Assembly (NCBI GenBank): GCA_017654855.1
Contig: CM030335.1
Coordinates: forward strand, 434,001-498,000
Origin: Podospora anserina
Lineage: Eukaryota
DNA length: 64,000 bases
Reading direction: 5' to 3'
The notes beneath the pieces were generated by a model. It searched no databases. It was not told the DNA's origin and saw only the letters and a program-made list of their open reading frames with translations. The position numbers and the translations under genes are program-made. Below, one piece after another: positions 61,200-64,000 of this stretch (position 1 is its first letter; each line of letters begins with the position of its first letter).

Positions 61200-63172
61200 T
61201 TACGCCTTTTTCTGCATCGATCCCGTTCTATGCGCCCACGAAAAGGCAAACGCGAGCAACGCGAAGCCGCTCGAAGCCGCAAAGGCTATTCTCAGGGCGT
61301 CACAGTACAATGCCCTGACGGCCAGTTGTTGGGTGGGGGACAGCTCCCCAATAGCGAACAGCGACTTGCGCAGCCTCTCAACCAGCTGTGCCACCACACC
61401 ACTTGTCAGTCACCTGCATCAAACCAACGTCGGGAACACCAAATACGAACCTCTTCACTGGCGTTGTCACCAAGAGCGCCGGGAAGGCCCGGCAACAACA
61501 TGTTCTGGACGATGGCAGCCGTGACAGTCACGCCATAAATGGTCCCCATGGACCGAATCAGATACACCGTAGAGGTGGCAACAGCTTGTTCTGTGGACGG
61601 TTAGCAACTTAATCTTCTTCAGCCTTGTTGTATTTCTTACCTCTGTGCTCCCAGAAAGAGATGAAGCTAAACAGAACGCTGGGGTTGGTCAGACCAAGAC
61701 CTAGATTAGCAGGTATCAAGTAGAAGAACTCCTTCCACCGAGCCCCCGTCGTGCCCATCGACAGCGCAAGAAGATTCCCAATGAGCATCATGGCCGTGCC
61801 CAGCCGAACGTTGTACGAGAGCTTAATGCCGCGCTGCATCGACCACCCGGCAATAACACCTCCAACTGGGGTCGCGAGTGCCGGGATCATGAGCCGGAGA
61901 CCGGCCGCCGATGGAGAATCACCACGAACAGCCTGGAAATACAATGGGACCATAAACATGTACTGTTGGGCGAGCGTCAGCAAGTGTGCCAGATATTCGG
62001 GGAAAATGAGGACTCACAGCATACGAGGCCATGCCGGAGAATATGTTGGTCAGTTGAACCGCGATCGGCTGCCAACCCTTCAACATGCGAAGTGGGATCA
62101 TGGGGATGGCCTTGGTGTTGGCTTCGACTTCCACGAACAGGAACAATAGTACGGTACTTCCGACCAGCGAAGAGATCACCGGAAAGCTAGCCCATGGGTA
62201 CTCGTTGCCGCCAAGCGTCAAGCCCAGAAGCTGGAGGAGCAGTCCACCCACGAGAAACAGCGAGCCCGACAAATCCAGCCTTTTGATCGCCGAGTGAACA
62301 CGTTGTGTGGTGGAGAGAGGGATTAGTTGAGGAACCATGCAGGCAGGATTCTCCAACACGAAATAACCCACCACGAGGGCGAAGAAAGAGACTGGAACCT
62401 GCAGCAGAAAGCACCATCTCCAGCCAATGGCTTGAGTGATCGAGCCTCCGAGCGAAGCGCCCAAGACTGCGCCAAAACCAACGAGGATATTTTGCATGGC
62501 CTGGTACATGCCGCGCTGTTTGAAGGGGATCATGTCGGAGTTGATGACAGTTGCTGGAGATAACGTCAGTAACTGTGTCTCGGGGTGCACGACCGCTCGA
62601 GCGTCTGAGAAAGGGGCACAAGACTCACCCATTGTGATCAGCCCACCGCCGCCAAAACCTGTCACAGCCCTCATGATATCTAGTGTCAAGATTGTCTGCG
62701 CCATGGAACAGCCAAAACACCCAATCATGAAGGTCAGGGTGGAGATGAAGAAGCAGATTCGCCGCCCAAACATATCAGAGAAGCGGCCGTAGAGAGGCTG
62801 GAAGGCTGTACTGGTGATGAGGTACGAAGTCGTTAGCCAGGCGGCATTGTTGGCTGCACCGAAGTCGGAGCTGATGGCGGCATATGTTGAGGCGGTGATA
62901 GTCCCATCGAAGCCAGAGAGAAAGACATTTGCCCATAGAGCTGGTCAAACAGCGGTTAGCTGGGACATTCTTTTTCCTCTTCACCAGCCTTGCGTACCTG
63001 TCTCGATCCACCAGAAGCCCGCGGAAGGCCGCCATGAGTCTTCATGGTGGGATTCTGGAAATGTCACATATCCTGGCTTCTGTTGTGTGGTGAGGAGAGA
63101 TGTTGTCTCATCTGTCTGTTCCATCTCGGGGTCGCCCATGATGGGTTGGTGTTGTTGTTGTTCAGTGTGCAT
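61200..63172 (-). CDS. MFS drug:H+ antiporter (DHA2/Vba-like), multi-exon
   Basis: FLSGFDGTI, WLTTSYL, QPLYGRFSD.FGRR, RAVTGFGGGG, RGMYQ, GWRWCFLLQVP, VATSTVYLIRSMG; spliced exons end QKKA* at 61200. Confidence 0.9.
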
Positions 63173-64000
63173 ATCTTGTGGGTTAATGGCTTCCAAGTGT
63201 GTATTCCGTCTCCTTTAGTCTGGGTCAAAAAACAGCAGGGCCTCAGAGTTTTCACGTATTCACTTACACGCGGTGGCAAAAACTTGGTATTGAGGGGGAG
63301 ATCAATCAGGCCAGACCTCTCATCTCATACCTTTTCCAGCCCTGGACGATGCGCTGCTACCCCCCAAATTCGGCATGCCGTAGCGCTGCACCCACCCCTC
63401 CCATGTTTCCTGCAGCAGCAAGCGGGCAGCATCAGAGACACTGCTTTTGCGAGCCGATCCGGCACCGGCGAGCATGTCACGATCTGTTCAAAACTTGTTT
63501 CTCTTCGTCCCTCTTTTGAGAGCGTATATCCGCCATTTCTGCGATTTCTTTTTATGCTGGATATCGCCAGACGTATTTCTTTCATTCATCTCATCTTCCC
63601 CAACCCATCAAGGTGCTCCTTTCCGGTCTTGCTCCTGCGCTTAGCGGCAGAGACGCACCCAAGACAAGTGCGGGGAACGCCGTCGACCTCACCTTATCAG
63701 CGAGTACCGCATGCTACCTGGTAGATGCAGAATCTCTTTCCAGACCTCACCCACCACCACTCATTGGTCCAGAAATGGTCCGGAATATCCTGTCATCTCT
63801 TCATTGGCGAATTCCAGGCTTGCTGTGCTTCCGGATGGTTCCCCCCTTTTCTGTTTGATTCGTTCAATGAAGGTGTCGCAGGCAGGCAATCGTCATGTGT
63901 CGATCTTGATGAAACTGCATCTCGATTATACAACTACTGTCGATTGTTTTTTTAATATCCTTCTTGTTTCCTTATCTCGAGACTTGGACGCACGACACTC

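Overview
Eukaryotic (filamentous ascomycete) genomic DNA with GT-AG introns, CTAAC/CTGAC branch sites and RIP-mutated transposons. The HET-NACHT-WD40 gene closely resembles Podospora hnwd1, so the source is most likely the Podospora anserina species complex (inference from recalled sequence, not a search). The two flanks hold ordinary genes. Left: P450, GPI-like protein, Hce2/Ecp2-like effector, HET-domain gene, tom6, tfb6, an unknown secreted protein and a metallopeptidase-like protein. Right: APH-type kinase, permuted-papain-like protein, GH115, a hypothetical gene and an MFS transporter. Between them (about 16-50 kb) is an accessory, fast-turnover block. It contains three paralogous secreted beta/gamma-crystallin-like proteins with identical exon structure, other small secreted Cys-rich proteins, a GH7, about seven pseudogenes (including a lysozyme-like gene), a MITE-like element, a 5'-truncated LINE, a Fot1/pogo transposon and the NLR-like hnwd1 gene with a rearranged WD40 array. 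The best candidate for an under-described system is this combination of secreted toxin-fold proteins and cell-death immune genes, read as a possible antagonism/defence island. Functional claims are inference.
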